Part shown: positions 13,980-22,947 of the stretch, piece by piece
Layout: each line of letters opens with the position of its first letter
Numbering within the stretch: the first letter of the stretch is position 1
DNA from: an uncultured delta proteobacterium
GTDB lineage: Bacteria > Desulfobacterota > Desulfobacteria > Desulfobacterales > SG8-13
Length of the DNA stretch: 64,000 bases
Assembly: GCA_963848135.1 (NCBI GenBank)
Contig: CAWKCK010000005.1
Coordinates: 248,001 to 312,000 of the forward strand
Direction: 5' to 3'
The notes under the pieces: model-generated
Database searches by the model: none
Told to the model about the DNA's origin: nothing
The model's input: the letters and a program-made list of their open reading frames with translations, nothing else
Program-made: the position numbers and the translations under genes

Positions 13980-14462
13980 ATGTATGAACATATGCAATTA
14001 TTACAGAGGATATGCAAAACTGTCTGTCTGCCGGTCCTTTTTCTGACGCTGTTCGCTACCGATGGAACCAGCGCGGAGGTCGTTTATAAGGACAGGCACC
14101 TCGTGCGGTATGACAGCGGTGTGGTCTACGACACTGAATTGGGTTTCGAATGGTATACCGGACCGGATCAAAGTACGAGTTGGGAGCAAGCCAAAAACTG
14201 GGTAGACGGTCTCGATAAATTCGGCGGTGGCTGGCGCATGCCGACCAAAAGAGAGTTGAAGACACTCTACCACATCGGCGACGGCGTGAATAATATCACG
14301 TATCTATTGTATACTTCGGGGTATTGGATATGGGCCGGCCACACAAAAGATTCATCAGCCCGGTGGATTTTCAGCTTTAGTTATGGTGGCGAAGGCTGGA
14401 ATGGCCCGCCACCGGCCGACGGTGGGCGCGCCTTGGCTGTGCGCACACGAAAAAACTATTAG
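13980..14462 (+). CDS. DUF1566 (Lcl C-terminal) domain secreted protein
   Basis: Signal-like N-terminus; GVVYDTELGFEW, WEQA, GWRMPTKREL..L. Confidence 0.8.
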   Translation: MYEHMQLLQRICKTVCLPVLFLTLFATDGTSAEVVYKDRHLVRYDSGVVYDTELGFEWYTGPDQSTSWEQAKNWVDGLDKFGGGWRMPTKRELKTLYHIGDGVNNITYLLYTSGYWIWAGHTKDSSARWIFSFSYGGEGWNGPPPADGGRALAVRTRKNY

Positions 14463-14493
14463 AGATGGTTTCAAAACGCCATCTAACACCCAA
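14460..14493. repeat. Partial end of MITE-like family A
   Basis: TAGAGATGGTTTCAAAACGCCATCTAACACCCAA closely matches the reverse complement of 21081-21114. Confidence 0.6.
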
Positions 14494-14530
14494 CCACGTA
14501 TCAGGGGATATAGAAAGGAGGAATATTTCA

Positions 14531-15433
14531 ATGCCTGAAGTTCGAAATATCCGCAAAGTTTTCAAGAGCAAGCCGACGCTCGAAGGTGCCGGAGTTCATT
14601 TGAAAAGGGTTTTCGGATTCAGTGAAGTGCCCCTGTTCGATCCTTTTCTGCTGCTCGATGATTTCGGCTCCGATAATCCCGATCACTATCTTAAAGGGTT
14701 CCCATGGCATCCACATCGCGGAATCGAAACGATCACCTATGTTCTCAACGGTAACGTCGAGCACGGTGACAGTCTTGGAAACAAAGGGACCATCAGCACC
14801 GGGGATGTCCAGTGGATGACTGCCGGCAGTGGTATCGTCCACCAGGAAATGCCAAAAGGTGATAAAAGCGGAAAACTGCACGGTTTTCAGCTGTGGGCCA
14901 ATTTACCAGCCAGCCAGAAGATGATGGCCCCCCGGTACCGTGACATTACCAGCGATCAAATACCAAACGTCAAGCTATCCAATGGCACGACCATCAAAAT
15001 CATTTCCGGTGACGTATCCGGCACTATAGGTCCGGTACAGGATATCGTCATAGAGCCTGAATATATCGATGTCGCGGTTCCCGCAAATTCAGAGTTCAGG
15101 CACACCACGAAACCAGGCCATACGGTCTTGGCCTATATAACCGATGGCCAGGGATACTTTTGCAAAGAGGCGAATAGTTTTACTTACGAATTGGAAGGGC
15201 GGAATAATGTTGATTTTCAGCGCGATCCTTTCTTCAGCGGCGAAACGATCGTACTTTTCGATGACGGGGACGAAATTGTTGTGTTTACCGAATCGCACAG
15301 TGTGAGATTCCTGCTAATCTCCGGCAAGCCCATTGGGGAACCCGTCGCCTGGTATGGACCCATAGTTATGAATACGAACGAAGAGTTAGAAATCGCTTTC
15401 GAGGAGTATAAGCAGGGCACTTTTTTAAAATAG
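14531..15433 (+). CDS. Pirin family protein
   Basis: DPFLLLD, HPHRGIETIT, MTAGSGIVHQE, QLWANLP; AGGAGG RBS. Confidence 0.95.
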   Translation: MPEVRNIRKVFKSKPTLEGAGVHLKRVFGFSEVPLFDPFLLLDDFGSDNPDHYLKGFPWHPHRGIETITYVLNGNVEHGDSLGNKGTISTGDVQWMTAGSGIVHQEMPKGDKSGKLHGFQLWANLPASQKMMAPRYRDITSDQIPNVKLSNGTTIKIISGDVSGTIGPVQDIVIEPEYIDVAVPANSEFRHTTKPGHTVLAYITDGQGYFCKEANSFTYELEGRNNVDFQRDPFFSGETIVLFDDGDEIVVFTESHSVRFLLISGKPIGEPVAWYGPIVMNTNEELEIAFEEYKQGTFLK

Positions 15434-15517
15434 AAAAGATTTTAACGCCGTATTGTCAAGCGCAATCGTTTTTCAACGGCCTGCTATACCTTACACCAGG
15501 CAAAGGAGGAATTTACC

Positions 15518-16495
15518 ATGAAGAAAATATCCATTCTGTTGACCCTGGCGGCATTTCTGTTCTGTGTCGGCAATGCCATGGCCGCCACGGACATCAAGCT
15601 CGGTGTGGTGACCAAACCGGGCTCGGCCCAAAACATCGCTGCTGAAAAATTCAAAGAACTCATTGAACAGCGCTCCAATGGTGATATCAAGGTCCAGATT
15701 TTTCATTCGGCCTCGCTGGGAAACGAAACTGAAATCCTCCAGCAGGTGCAAATGAATTCCATTCAGATGGCCATTGTCACCGGCGGGCCCTTCGACACAT
15801 TTGATCCCATGGCCCGGGTGGTGAACTACCCGTTCCTGTTCAAAAACTATGCGCAGGTGGACGAAGTCCTGGACGGACCACTGGGGGCCGAGCTGTTGAA
15901 GAGCCTCGAAAGTTCGGGATTCAAGGGGCTATGCTTTTCGGAAAACGGTTTTCGGAATCTCACCAACAACAAACGGGCGGTAAAAAATGCCGATGATCTA
16001 AGTGGACTTAAAATCAGGACCATGGCCTCAGCGATCCACAAAACCATCTGGCAGTCTTTAGGCGCTAACCCGACACCCATGCCCTGGCCGATCTATACTG
16101 AACTGGAACAGGGGGTCATTGACGGTCAGGAGAATCCCTTGTGGGTCATGGAAGTGTACAAATTTTATGAAATCCAGAAATACATGACCCTCACCCGTCA
16201 TGTTTATTCCTACCACATTGACGTGGCATCACTGATCTGGTGGAATACCCTGGACGCCAAAAGCCAGGAAATGATCCAAAAGGCAATGTATGACGCCGCT
16301 GTTTACCAGCGAGAGGACAATCGATCCAAAAATGAGGCCCGGTTGAAGTTACTTAAGGAAAAAGGCATGCAGGTCGAAGAAAATCCCGATATAATGACCT
16401 TTCGCGTAAAAGTGGCCGATATCCAAAAAATGGATTTGTACGCAGACCCCAAAGTTCAGTCCCTGCTTATTAAAATATTGGACGCCACCAAGTAG
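15518..16495 (+). CDS. TRAP transporter substrate-binding protein (DctP family)
   Basis: Signal peptide; ENGFRN, GLKIRT, LEQGVIDGQENP. Confidence 0.93.
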   Translation: MKKISILLTLAAFLFCVGNAMAATDIKLGVVTKPGSAQNIAAEKFKELIEQRSNGDIKVQIFHSASLGNETEILQQVQMNSIQMAIVTGGPFDTFDPMARVVNYPFLFKNYAQVDEVLDGPLGAELLKSLESSGFKGLCFSENGFRNLTNNKRAVKNADDLSGLKIRTMASAIHKTIWQSLGANPTPMPWPIYTELEQGVIDGQENPLWVMEVYKFYEIQKYMTLTRHVYSYHIDVASLIWWNTLDAKSQEMIQKAMYDAAVYQREDNRSKNEARLKLLKEKGMQVEENPDIMTFRVKVADIQKMDLYADPKVQSLLIKILDATK

Positions 16496-16520
16496 AAAAG
16501 TAAAGCGCAAAGGAGGTAGC

Positions 16521-17006
16521 GTGTCTGCTCTTGAGAAATTGAGCGCGACCGTAAACGGCTGGATAGAATACTCGCTTTTTGGACTCGGTATGTCCATGAC
16601 CGTCATTGTCGCCGTTCAGGTCTTCTTCCGTTATGGGTTGAATCAATCCCTGTTTTGGTCGGAAGAACTGGCGCGCTATCTCCTGGTCTGGCTATCCTTC
16701 CTGGGGGCATCGGTGGCCTATCGCCGCAAGGCTCATCCCGGTATCGATCTATTGCAAGCCAAAATGCCGGCCCCACTGCAAAGAGTTTCGGCCATCACCG
16801 TTCACCTCGCGTCGCTGGCCCTGTTCACCGTCATGATCGTTTATGGGTACCGGTTTGCCTATTTTGTTCGACTCCAAATTTCACCGGCTCTTTATCTGCC
16901 CAAATGGGTCGTTTTCAGCATCATCCCCATCAGCGGGTGCATTCTAATGATTCACGGTTTCAACTTCTTGCTGCAAGAAGTAACCAGGGCGCACAGTGAC
17001 CATTGA
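16521..17006 (+). CDS. TRAP transporter small permease (DctQ family)
   Basis: QVFFRY, WSEELARYLLVW. Confidence 0.92.
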   Translation: MSALEKLSATVNGWIEYSLFGLGMSMTVIVAVQVFFRYGLNQSLFWSEELARYLLVWLSFLGASVAYRRKAHPGIDLLQAKMPAPLQRVSAITVHLASLALFTVMIVYGYRFAYFVRLQISPALYLPKWVVFSIIPISGCILMIHGFNFLLQEVTRAHSDH

Positions 17007-18276
17007 AATTTTGATATTATCGCTGCTGATCTTTTTTGCGCTGAATACCCCCATCGCCATCGCCATCGGGGTCGCATCGCTGCTGGGAATTTTGGTTCAG
17101 GGTAACTTCCCCCTCATGATGGTTGTCCAGAAAATGTTTGGGGGGATGGATTCTTTTCATCTGATGGCGGTTCCCCTGTTCATGTTTACCGGGGTCATCA
17201 TGGAAGCCGGCGGTATCAGCCGCCGCATTATCGATTTCGCCAATGCGCTCGTCGGATGGCTGCCTGGGGGATTGGCAGCGGTAACCGTAGTATCAGCAAT
17301 GTTTTTCGCGGGTATATCGGGCTCTGCCGCGGCCGATGCCGCCGCAGTGGGCGCCATCCTGATACCGGCGATGAAAAAATCCGGCTACGATTCCGATTTT
17401 GCCGCCGCGGTTCAGGCCTCGGGGGGCTCCATCGGGGTCATTATTCCCCCCTCCATTCCAATGATTATCTTCGGATTTCTTACCGGTGCCTCTATCGGCC
17501 AGCTTTTCGCCGGCGGGATATTGCCCGGAATTTTAATCGGTGTCTCGTTGATCATTGTTTCAACGATCATTTCCCGCAAAAAAGGATATGCAGCCACGAC
17601 GGTTTTCACCATGGAAGAAACCTGGCGCACGTTTAAAAGAGCGATTCTGGCTCTTGGCGCGCCAGTAATCATCCTGGGCGGCATCCTTTTTGGTATATTC
17701 ACGGCCACCGAATCGGCCGCAGTCGCGGTTGTTTATGCACTGACAGTCGGCATGCTGGTTTACCGCAAAATAAGGTTGAGAGATCTCTTTCCGCTTTTCA
17801 GAGATGGAGCGATCACCTCTGCAATTGTCATGTTTATCATTGCGACAGCATCGGTATTCAGCTGGATCGCCGCCATAGAGAATATCCCTGCCCGCCTGGC
17901 CGGATCCCTGCTTGGCCTGACGAACGATCCGGTCGTGCTGCTATTGCTGATCAACCTCATTCTTCTGATTGCCGGCACTTTTGTGGAAACCACCGCCTCA
18001 CTGATTCTGCTGGTCCCGATGATTACGGCCATGCTTCCGTCCTTAGGCGTGGATATCGTTCAACTGGGTGTGATCGTTGTCACGAACCTGGCCATCGGCA
18101 TGCTCACACCACCGATGGGAATCTGTCTGATCGTTTCCTGCTCGATCTCCGGAGACAGCATTGCGGCTATCAGCCGCAGAATTCTTCCATTTTTGGCAGT
18201 CCTGTTGATAGACCTGTTGATCATCACTTTTTATTCGCCGCTGACCATGTGGCTGGCCAGAATGGTGGCGAAGTAA
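16996..18276 (+). CDS. TRAP transporter large permease (DctM family)
   Basis: AVPLF, ISGSAAAD, IIPPSIPMI, TPPMG. Confidence 0.94.
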   Translation: MTIEILILSLLIFFALNTPIAIAIGVASLLGILVQGNFPLMMVVQKMFGGMDSFHLMAVPLFMFTGVIMEAGGISRRIIDFANALVGWLPGGLAAVTVVSAMFFAGISGSAAADAAAVGAILIPAMKKSGYDSDFAAAVQASGGSIGVIIPPSIPMIIFGFLTGASIGQLFAGGILPGILIGVSLIIVSTIISRKKGYAATTVFTMEETWRTFKRAILALGAPVIILGGILFGIFTATESAAVAVVYALTVGMLVYRKIRLRDLFPLFRDGAITSAIVMFIIATASVFSWIAAIENIPARLAGSLLGLTNDPVVLLLLINLILLIAGTFVETTASLILLVPMITAMLPSLGVDIVQLGVIVVTNLAIGMLTPPMGICLIVSCSISGDSIAAISRRILPFLAVLLIDLLIITFYSPLTMWLARMVAK

Positions 18277-18303
18277 TACCAGAATATTGCATGGAGGAGT
18301 GGC

Positions 18304-19221
18304 ATGAAAATCGCTGTCGTGGGTGCAGGCGCTATGGGCAGTCTGTTCGGGGCCTTACTGGCTGAAGCCGGCAACGATGTTTGGCTCTGTGACGTCTGGC
18401 AGGATCATATGCAGGCCATAAACAACAATGGATTGAGCATTGACCGCGAAGGCAAGAGCCGCAACGTGCACCTCTTGGCAACTCTTGATCCTACACAAAT
18501 CGATCCGGCAGATCTCGTGATCATATTCGTAAAATCAACCCAGACACAATCTGCCGCTGAGACGGCCCAATATCTCGTTGGCTCCGGCGGAGCGGTCCTG
18601 ACTCTGCAAAACGGGATGGGCAATGCCGATGCCATCGCAGAGGTCATTGCGCCGGAAGGGATATTGGCGGGGACCACTTCCCATGGCGCCACAATGCTCG
18701 GTCCGGGAATAATTCGCCATGCCGGTGTCGGACCAACAACGCTGGGTGCATGGAAAAATACCGAGCAGGGACACCGGCTCGCAAGGCGGTTTGCGGATAC
18801 CTTCAATACGGCCGGGATTGAAACTGAAGCCGTTGAAGATGTCCGCTGCGTGATTTGGAACAAGCTATTGATTAACATCGGCATCAATGCCATCACCGCT
18901 TTAACCGCCATTAAAAACGGCCGGATACTCGACCTTGAAAGTACTAAAGAATTGTGCCGCATCGCGGTTGAAGAAGCGATGAGGGTCGCCCGTGCCCTAA
19001 ATATACCCATTCGAGATGATGCCGTGGACGTCGTCTTCAAAGTGGCCGAAGCCACCGCCGCCAATCGCTCCTCCATGGGCCAGGATGTGGACAGCAAACG
19101 GCCGACGGAAATCGAGGCCATCAACGGATTCATCGTGCGCGAATCAAAAAGGCTGGGCCTCGACGCACCGGTTAACTTTACATTGACGGCCTTGATCGAG
19201 ACACTGCAATACCACTACTAG
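18304..19221 (+). CDS. panE: 2-dehydropantoate 2-reductase
   Basis: GAGAMG, FVKS, LQNGMG, WNKL, SSMGQD..TEIEAING. Confidence 0.93.
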   Translation: MKIAVVGAGAMGSLFGALLAEAGNDVWLCDVWQDHMQAINNNGLSIDREGKSRNVHLLATLDPTQIDPADLVIIFVKSTQTQSAAETAQYLVGSGGAVLTLQNGMGNADAIAEVIAPEGILAGTTSHGATMLGPGIIRHAGVGPTTLGAWKNTEQGHRLARRFADTFNTAGIETEAVEDVRCVIWNKLLINIGINAITALTAIKNGRILDLESTKELCRIAVEEAMRVARALNIPIRDDAVDVVFKVAEATAANRSSMGQDVDSKRPTEIEAINGFIVRESKRLGLDAPVNFTLTALIETLQYHY

Positions 19222-19285
19222 CCTGAATATTTCATGAAATCTGTTCTATACTATGAGTAAATTTTTAGAATTCTATATACTTGAA

Positions 19286-19320
19286 CCTAATTTGAGCGAT
19301 TTTTGACTCGCGCTGCACCC
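19286..19320. repeat. Partial end of MITE-like family B
   Basis: 35-bp exact reverse complement of 52601-52635. Confidence 0.75.
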
Positions 19321-19413
19321 TTGAGTGCCTTGCCAATGAATCCCTAAAGGACGTGAAATATCCAGAATAGATGGCAGCGAACACCATCCAGAATACAGTA
19401 AAGGAAAATACGG

Positions 19414-20262
19414 ATGAGTAATAAAAAAGTGACGGTACTCGATGTACAGCAGGCAAAGAAGGAAAATCGCAAACTGACCATGCTGACCGCATATGACTAT
19501 CCCCTCGGTCTTATGGCGGCGGAATCCGGGGTGGATATCGTTCTGGTCGGCGACTCCCTGGGCATGGTGGTGATGGGATTGGAAGGAACCGTAGCCGTGA
19601 CCATGGAGGACATGATCCATCACATCAAAGCCGTCGTCAGGGGGTGCAAGGGGCCATTGATTATTGGCGACATGCCCTTCATGAGTTACAACACCTCTAT
19701 CCGCGAGGCGATTATTAATGCCGGCCGGTTGATGAAAGAAGGAGGTTGTGATGCCGTCAAGCTGGAAGGTGGGATCGATTTCGCCCCGACGATCGGGACA
19801 ATCGTCAAAGCCGGTATCCCGGTGCAAGGCCACATCGGCCTGACACCTCAAACGGCAAGTGCACTGGGCGGTTTCAAGATGCAGGGCAAGGATGCCGCGG
19901 CCGCCAAGCGGATCATAGATGATGCCAGGGCCCTGGAAGATGCCGGTGTGTTTTCAATTATTTTGGAAGCCGTACCTGCACCTCTGGGAAAGCTGGTAGC
20001 AAACGCTGTCAAAGCGCCGATCATCGGTATCGGTGCCGGCCCGGATGTGGATGGACAGGTGCTGGTCTTTCATGATGTTGTCGGCCTTTTCGACCGGTTC
20101 GTACCCAAGTTTGTCAAGCAATACACCAACGTCAGAAAAATAATCATCGAAGCGCTTAAAGAATACAACCGCGATGTCCTGGAAGGAAATTTCCCCGGCC
20201 CGGAGCACTCTTTCAAAATGGCCGATGAAACCCTGGCTGAGCTTAAGAAAATAATCGAGTGA
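19414..20262 (+). CDS. panB: 3-methyl-2-oxobutanoate hydroxymethyltransferase
   Basis: MLTAYD, LVGDSLG, DMPFMSY, VKLEGG, GHIGLTPQ, DGQVLV. Confidence 0.97.
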   Translation: MSNKKVTVLDVQQAKKENRKLTMLTAYDYPLGLMAAESGVDIVLVGDSLGMVVMGLEGTVAVTMEDMIHHIKAVVRGCKGPLIIGDMPFMSYNTSIREAIINAGRLMKEGGCDAVKLEGGIDFAPTIGTIVKAGIPVQGHIGLTPQTASALGGFKMQGKDAAAAKRIIDDARALEDAGVFSIILEAVPAPLGKLVANAVKAPIIGIGAGPDVDGQVLVFHDVVGLFDRFVPKFVKQYTNVRKIIIEALKEYNRDVLEGNFPGPEHSFKMADETLAELKKIIE

Positions 20263-20301
20263 AGGGTTCAAAAGTATCCCAGTTTCTGGCATATAAATAT
20301 A

Positions 20302-20330
20302 AAAGGTAGCAGCAAATTGCTGCTACCTTT
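20302..20330. terminator. Bidirectional intrinsic terminator
   Basis: AAAGGTAGCAGCAA / TTGCTGCTACCTTT inverted repeat between convergent genes. Confidence 0.75.
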
Positions 20331-20346
20331 CTCATGCAGAGAGATT

Positions 20347-20658
20347 CTAACCGGGGATGGATACAGGCGCGGCTTGACCGATTTCTTCCATGGTCTCTTC
20401 GTATTTGCTGCGCATGTCAACGTTACCCTTGTCGATTTCGCTTTTCATCGGGCTCCAGTCGGAAGGACACTCAACTTTCAGTTGTTCGAGCCGCCCGGAT
20501 AATTCTTCGACAATCATATGAAGATCTTCTATCTTCGGCATGATTTTCTCCCTTTCAGAAGTACCAAGCTTGTCGAATTTTCGCCAGGCATCATAAATTT
20601 TTGCCTTCCACGCGGTCAATTCTATTTCCATACTTGAACAAAAATCTTTAACGTCCAT
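20347..20658 (-). CDS. Conserved hypothetical helical protein
   Basis: 103 aa, AGGAGG RBS, motifs ELTAWKAKIYD and ECPSDWSP. Confidence 0.75.
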   Translation of the reverse strand: MDVKDFCSSMEIELTAWKAKIYDAWRKFDKLGTSEREKIMPKIEDLHMIVEELSGRLEQLKVECPSDWSPMKSEIDKGNVDMRSKYEETMEEIGQAAPVSIPG

Positions 20659-20974
20659 GAGTCCCTCCTTTGCAGGTTATGGTTATTGGCAGCAGCACTC
20701 AAATCCCGCAAGTACAGAACCTGGGTCGCCGCCGAAATCTTAAGAACGATCAAATCAGACAGCTATAAGCTATAACAGTTATACAAAATTACAATAAGGG
20801 TTATACTGGGTTAAAATGGTAGCATTAGCCTACCACAATGAGGCGATTGGATAATTCGAATTCACGTTGAAATCATCGAGTGCACACTGTCAGCTGCTGA
20901 CACACTCAAAAATACCATATCCGCAGATCATACTGCTTTTATTGATATAAATGTACGGTATGTATCTTCACCAT

Positions 20975-21111
20975 AAGTGGTTTCAAAACCTTATATTACG
21001 CCCAAGAGCTAGGCGTGGGTCGACGAAAAAAAGCAGCATGCTCGTATGTAAGTATTTCGAGGCGGCCCACAACACCGTAATTGGGTGTTAGATGGGGTTT
21101 TTAAACCACTT
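20975..21111. mobile_element. MITE-like element, family A
   Basis: 16-bp terminal inverted repeats AAGTGGTTTCAAAACC / GGTTTTTAAACCACTT (1 mismatch), non-coding interior; partial copy at 14460. Confidence 0.65.
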
Positions 21112-21160
21112 CTAATCTCACAGGCAACGCTTCATTCTCTATGTTAAAATTCTGACGAAA

Positions 21161-21189
21161 CGAGCGGCAGGCGTAGTACCTGCCGCTCG
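21161..21189. terminator. Intrinsic terminator hairpin
   Basis: CGAGCGGCAGG...CCTGCCGCTCG downstream of the minus-strand EF-hand gene. Confidence 0.65.
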
Positions 21190-21210
21190 CCGAATTAACA
21201 GGATTCAACA

Positions 21211-21498
21211 CTAAGAGTTGTTATTCATTCCGTGGATGTCCAGGAAGTTTGACCATTCATCACTACTGATCATACCATCATTATCTTCATCGATCAGATC
21301 GTATCCTCCGCGTAAATTCTTCAATTGGACGGCAATGAATTCTTCGAAGGATAATGAACCGTCCTCATTGGCGTCCATCTCAGTCATATCCCATGACGAC
21401 ATCATACTGCCATGACCGTAATGATTATAACCGGCGAAGGCCACTGAAGTTATCAGTAAAGCAGAAAGCAGTACAGCGATGTTTATTGTGGTTTTCAT
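21211..21498 (-). CDS. Secreted EF-hand protein
   Basis: Signal peptide; two EF-hand loops DANEDGSLSFEE and DEDNDGMISSDE. Confidence 0.85.
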   Translation of the reverse strand: MKTTINIAVLLSALLITSVAFAGYNHYGHGSMMSSWDMTEMDANEDGSLSFEEFIAVQLKNLRGGYDLIDEDNDGMISSDEWSNFLDIHGMNNNS

Positions 21499-21854
21499 TT
21501 TATTTCTCCCTTTAGAGTTGTTACTTTGATTTTCAAACCGTTTATCGGTTTGATGGCACCCCTTAGATCTTACGATCATTGAATCTGCAGGGTGAACACT
21601 TTCAGAATAACGAGCGAGATTTCACTAGACTTTATCTCATAATTATTATTTTCGGTCGAGAGCAAGGCGAGACCGAGGATTTCCGCTGCGCGGGATTTCC
21701 CACACAATCCAACTCAGCGTGAAGATTACAATCCGTAGCAATACATGATGTTGTCGAGGTCTTGATAAAACGGCTCACCGTCGTAACTTGTCCGCCTCCG
21801 GCTGATCAGGCGAATATAGTTTTTTTAGATGTCTTCTAAATTAAAGTGAAACGT

Positions 21855-22787
21855 TTAATGTAATGCCTCAAGCTCGAGCCTGAACTCATCCGCATTTGCA
21901 ATGAACTTGACGCCGGTTGACTTGATCCTTTTTTTAAGAACGAATGTACCGTATCCGCCAACAAAAACCCTCGCGTATTTGGCGCAATAATTTTTGACCT
22001 TCCGCACTTCGCGGATGACCAATGCGTCATCTATCCTGTGTCCGATACTCAGAGCTATCGCTTTAGAATTTGTTTTTTGAGCTGCAGCCGCGATTTCTTC
22101 TGCGGGAAGATTCGGACCAAAGTACAGCGGCCGCCACCCGGATTCTGCTGCCATTAAGGCGACAGCCAGAGCGCCGGTTTCATGCCACTGTCCCACGGGC
22201 GCGGCAACTATGAGTCGGGGCGCAGACTCTGCCAGAAACACTGCCCGCAGCATCTCGAGCAATAGGGAACGTGTAACAAGTGACGCCATGCGTTCATGGA
22301 TGATTTTCAAATCGCCCGATGCCCACAGTTCTCCTACCTTAGTTAATAAAGGTTTAACCACAGAGTGCAAGAATTTGGACCGGGATAATCCCACCGCGGC
22401 TTGCTCCAGTACACTTTCGAGGCCGCCCTGATCCAGTCTGCGTATGCGTTCGAGGGCAACGAAAATTATTTCCTCTATATCACCATCTCCTCGACCTCCA
22501 AATTTTGCAGAAATCGGCTCAGTGTTTAACGATAGGGCTCTGTCGTTGAGACTGGCCAGTTGTTCATCTTTCATCGTCGCGACTTGTGAAATAGAATGAC
22601 CGGATTGGACAGCAGCCTTCAGAAGCTGCAAACGACGAATATCGTCATAAGAATAACACCGTCGGTTTGATTCCGAACGACCAGGACACACGGCCGAATA
22701 CCGTTGTTCCCAAGACCGCAGGATGTGCGGTTTTAGGCCGGTTATTTTGGCAGCAAAACGGATAGCATACTGTTCTTTTTCTTTCAT
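21855..22787 (-). CDS. MerR-family B12-binding regulator (CarH/LitR-like), copy 1
   Basis: RSWEQRY MerR HTH, W-x9-ER, GQWHETG B12-binding motif, YFGPNLP, ALSI. Confidence 0.88.
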   Translation of the reverse strand: MKEKEQYAIRFAAKITGLKPHILRSWEQRYSAVCPGRSESNRRCYSYDDIRRLQLLKAAVQSGHSISQVATMKDEQLASLNDRALSLNTEPISAKFGGRGDGDIEEIIFVALERIRRLDQGGLESVLEQAAVGLSRSKFLHSVVKPLLTKVGELWASGDLKIIHERMASLVTRSLLLEMLRAVFLAESAPRLIVAAPVGQWHETGALAVALMAAESGWRPLYFGPNLPAEEIAAAAQKTNSKAIALSIGHRIDDALVIREVRKVKNYCAKYARVFVGGYGTFVLKKRIKSTGVKFIANADEFRLELEALH

Positions 22788-22794
22788 GAGCGGG

Positions 22795-22834
22795 AATATA
22801 GGATATAAATTTGACATTGTCAACGTTATGTTTA
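22795..22834 (-). promoter_or_regulatory. sigma70 promoter of CarH-like copy 1 with TAAACA-N5-TTGACA repeat
   Basis: TTGACA-17bp-TATATT-7bp-ATG; TnnACA repeats 11 bp apart; TTGACATTGTCAA palindrome at 22811-22823. Confidence 0.65.
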
Positions 22835-22947
22835 AATTGGATTTAATTTAATTTAAATTTTAATTAATTTTATCATCATCAAAAAGACATTTATTGAACA
22901 TTAAGTGACTTGCCGCTCACCTTTTAACCGAGTGACAGGAGGAAATA

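Noticed and set aside
20756..20795. AGCTATAA/TTATACA/ATTACA repeats resembling the bam or CarH motifs
   Set aside because: Spacing is irregular (7-10 bp) in AT-rich DNA; not supportable.
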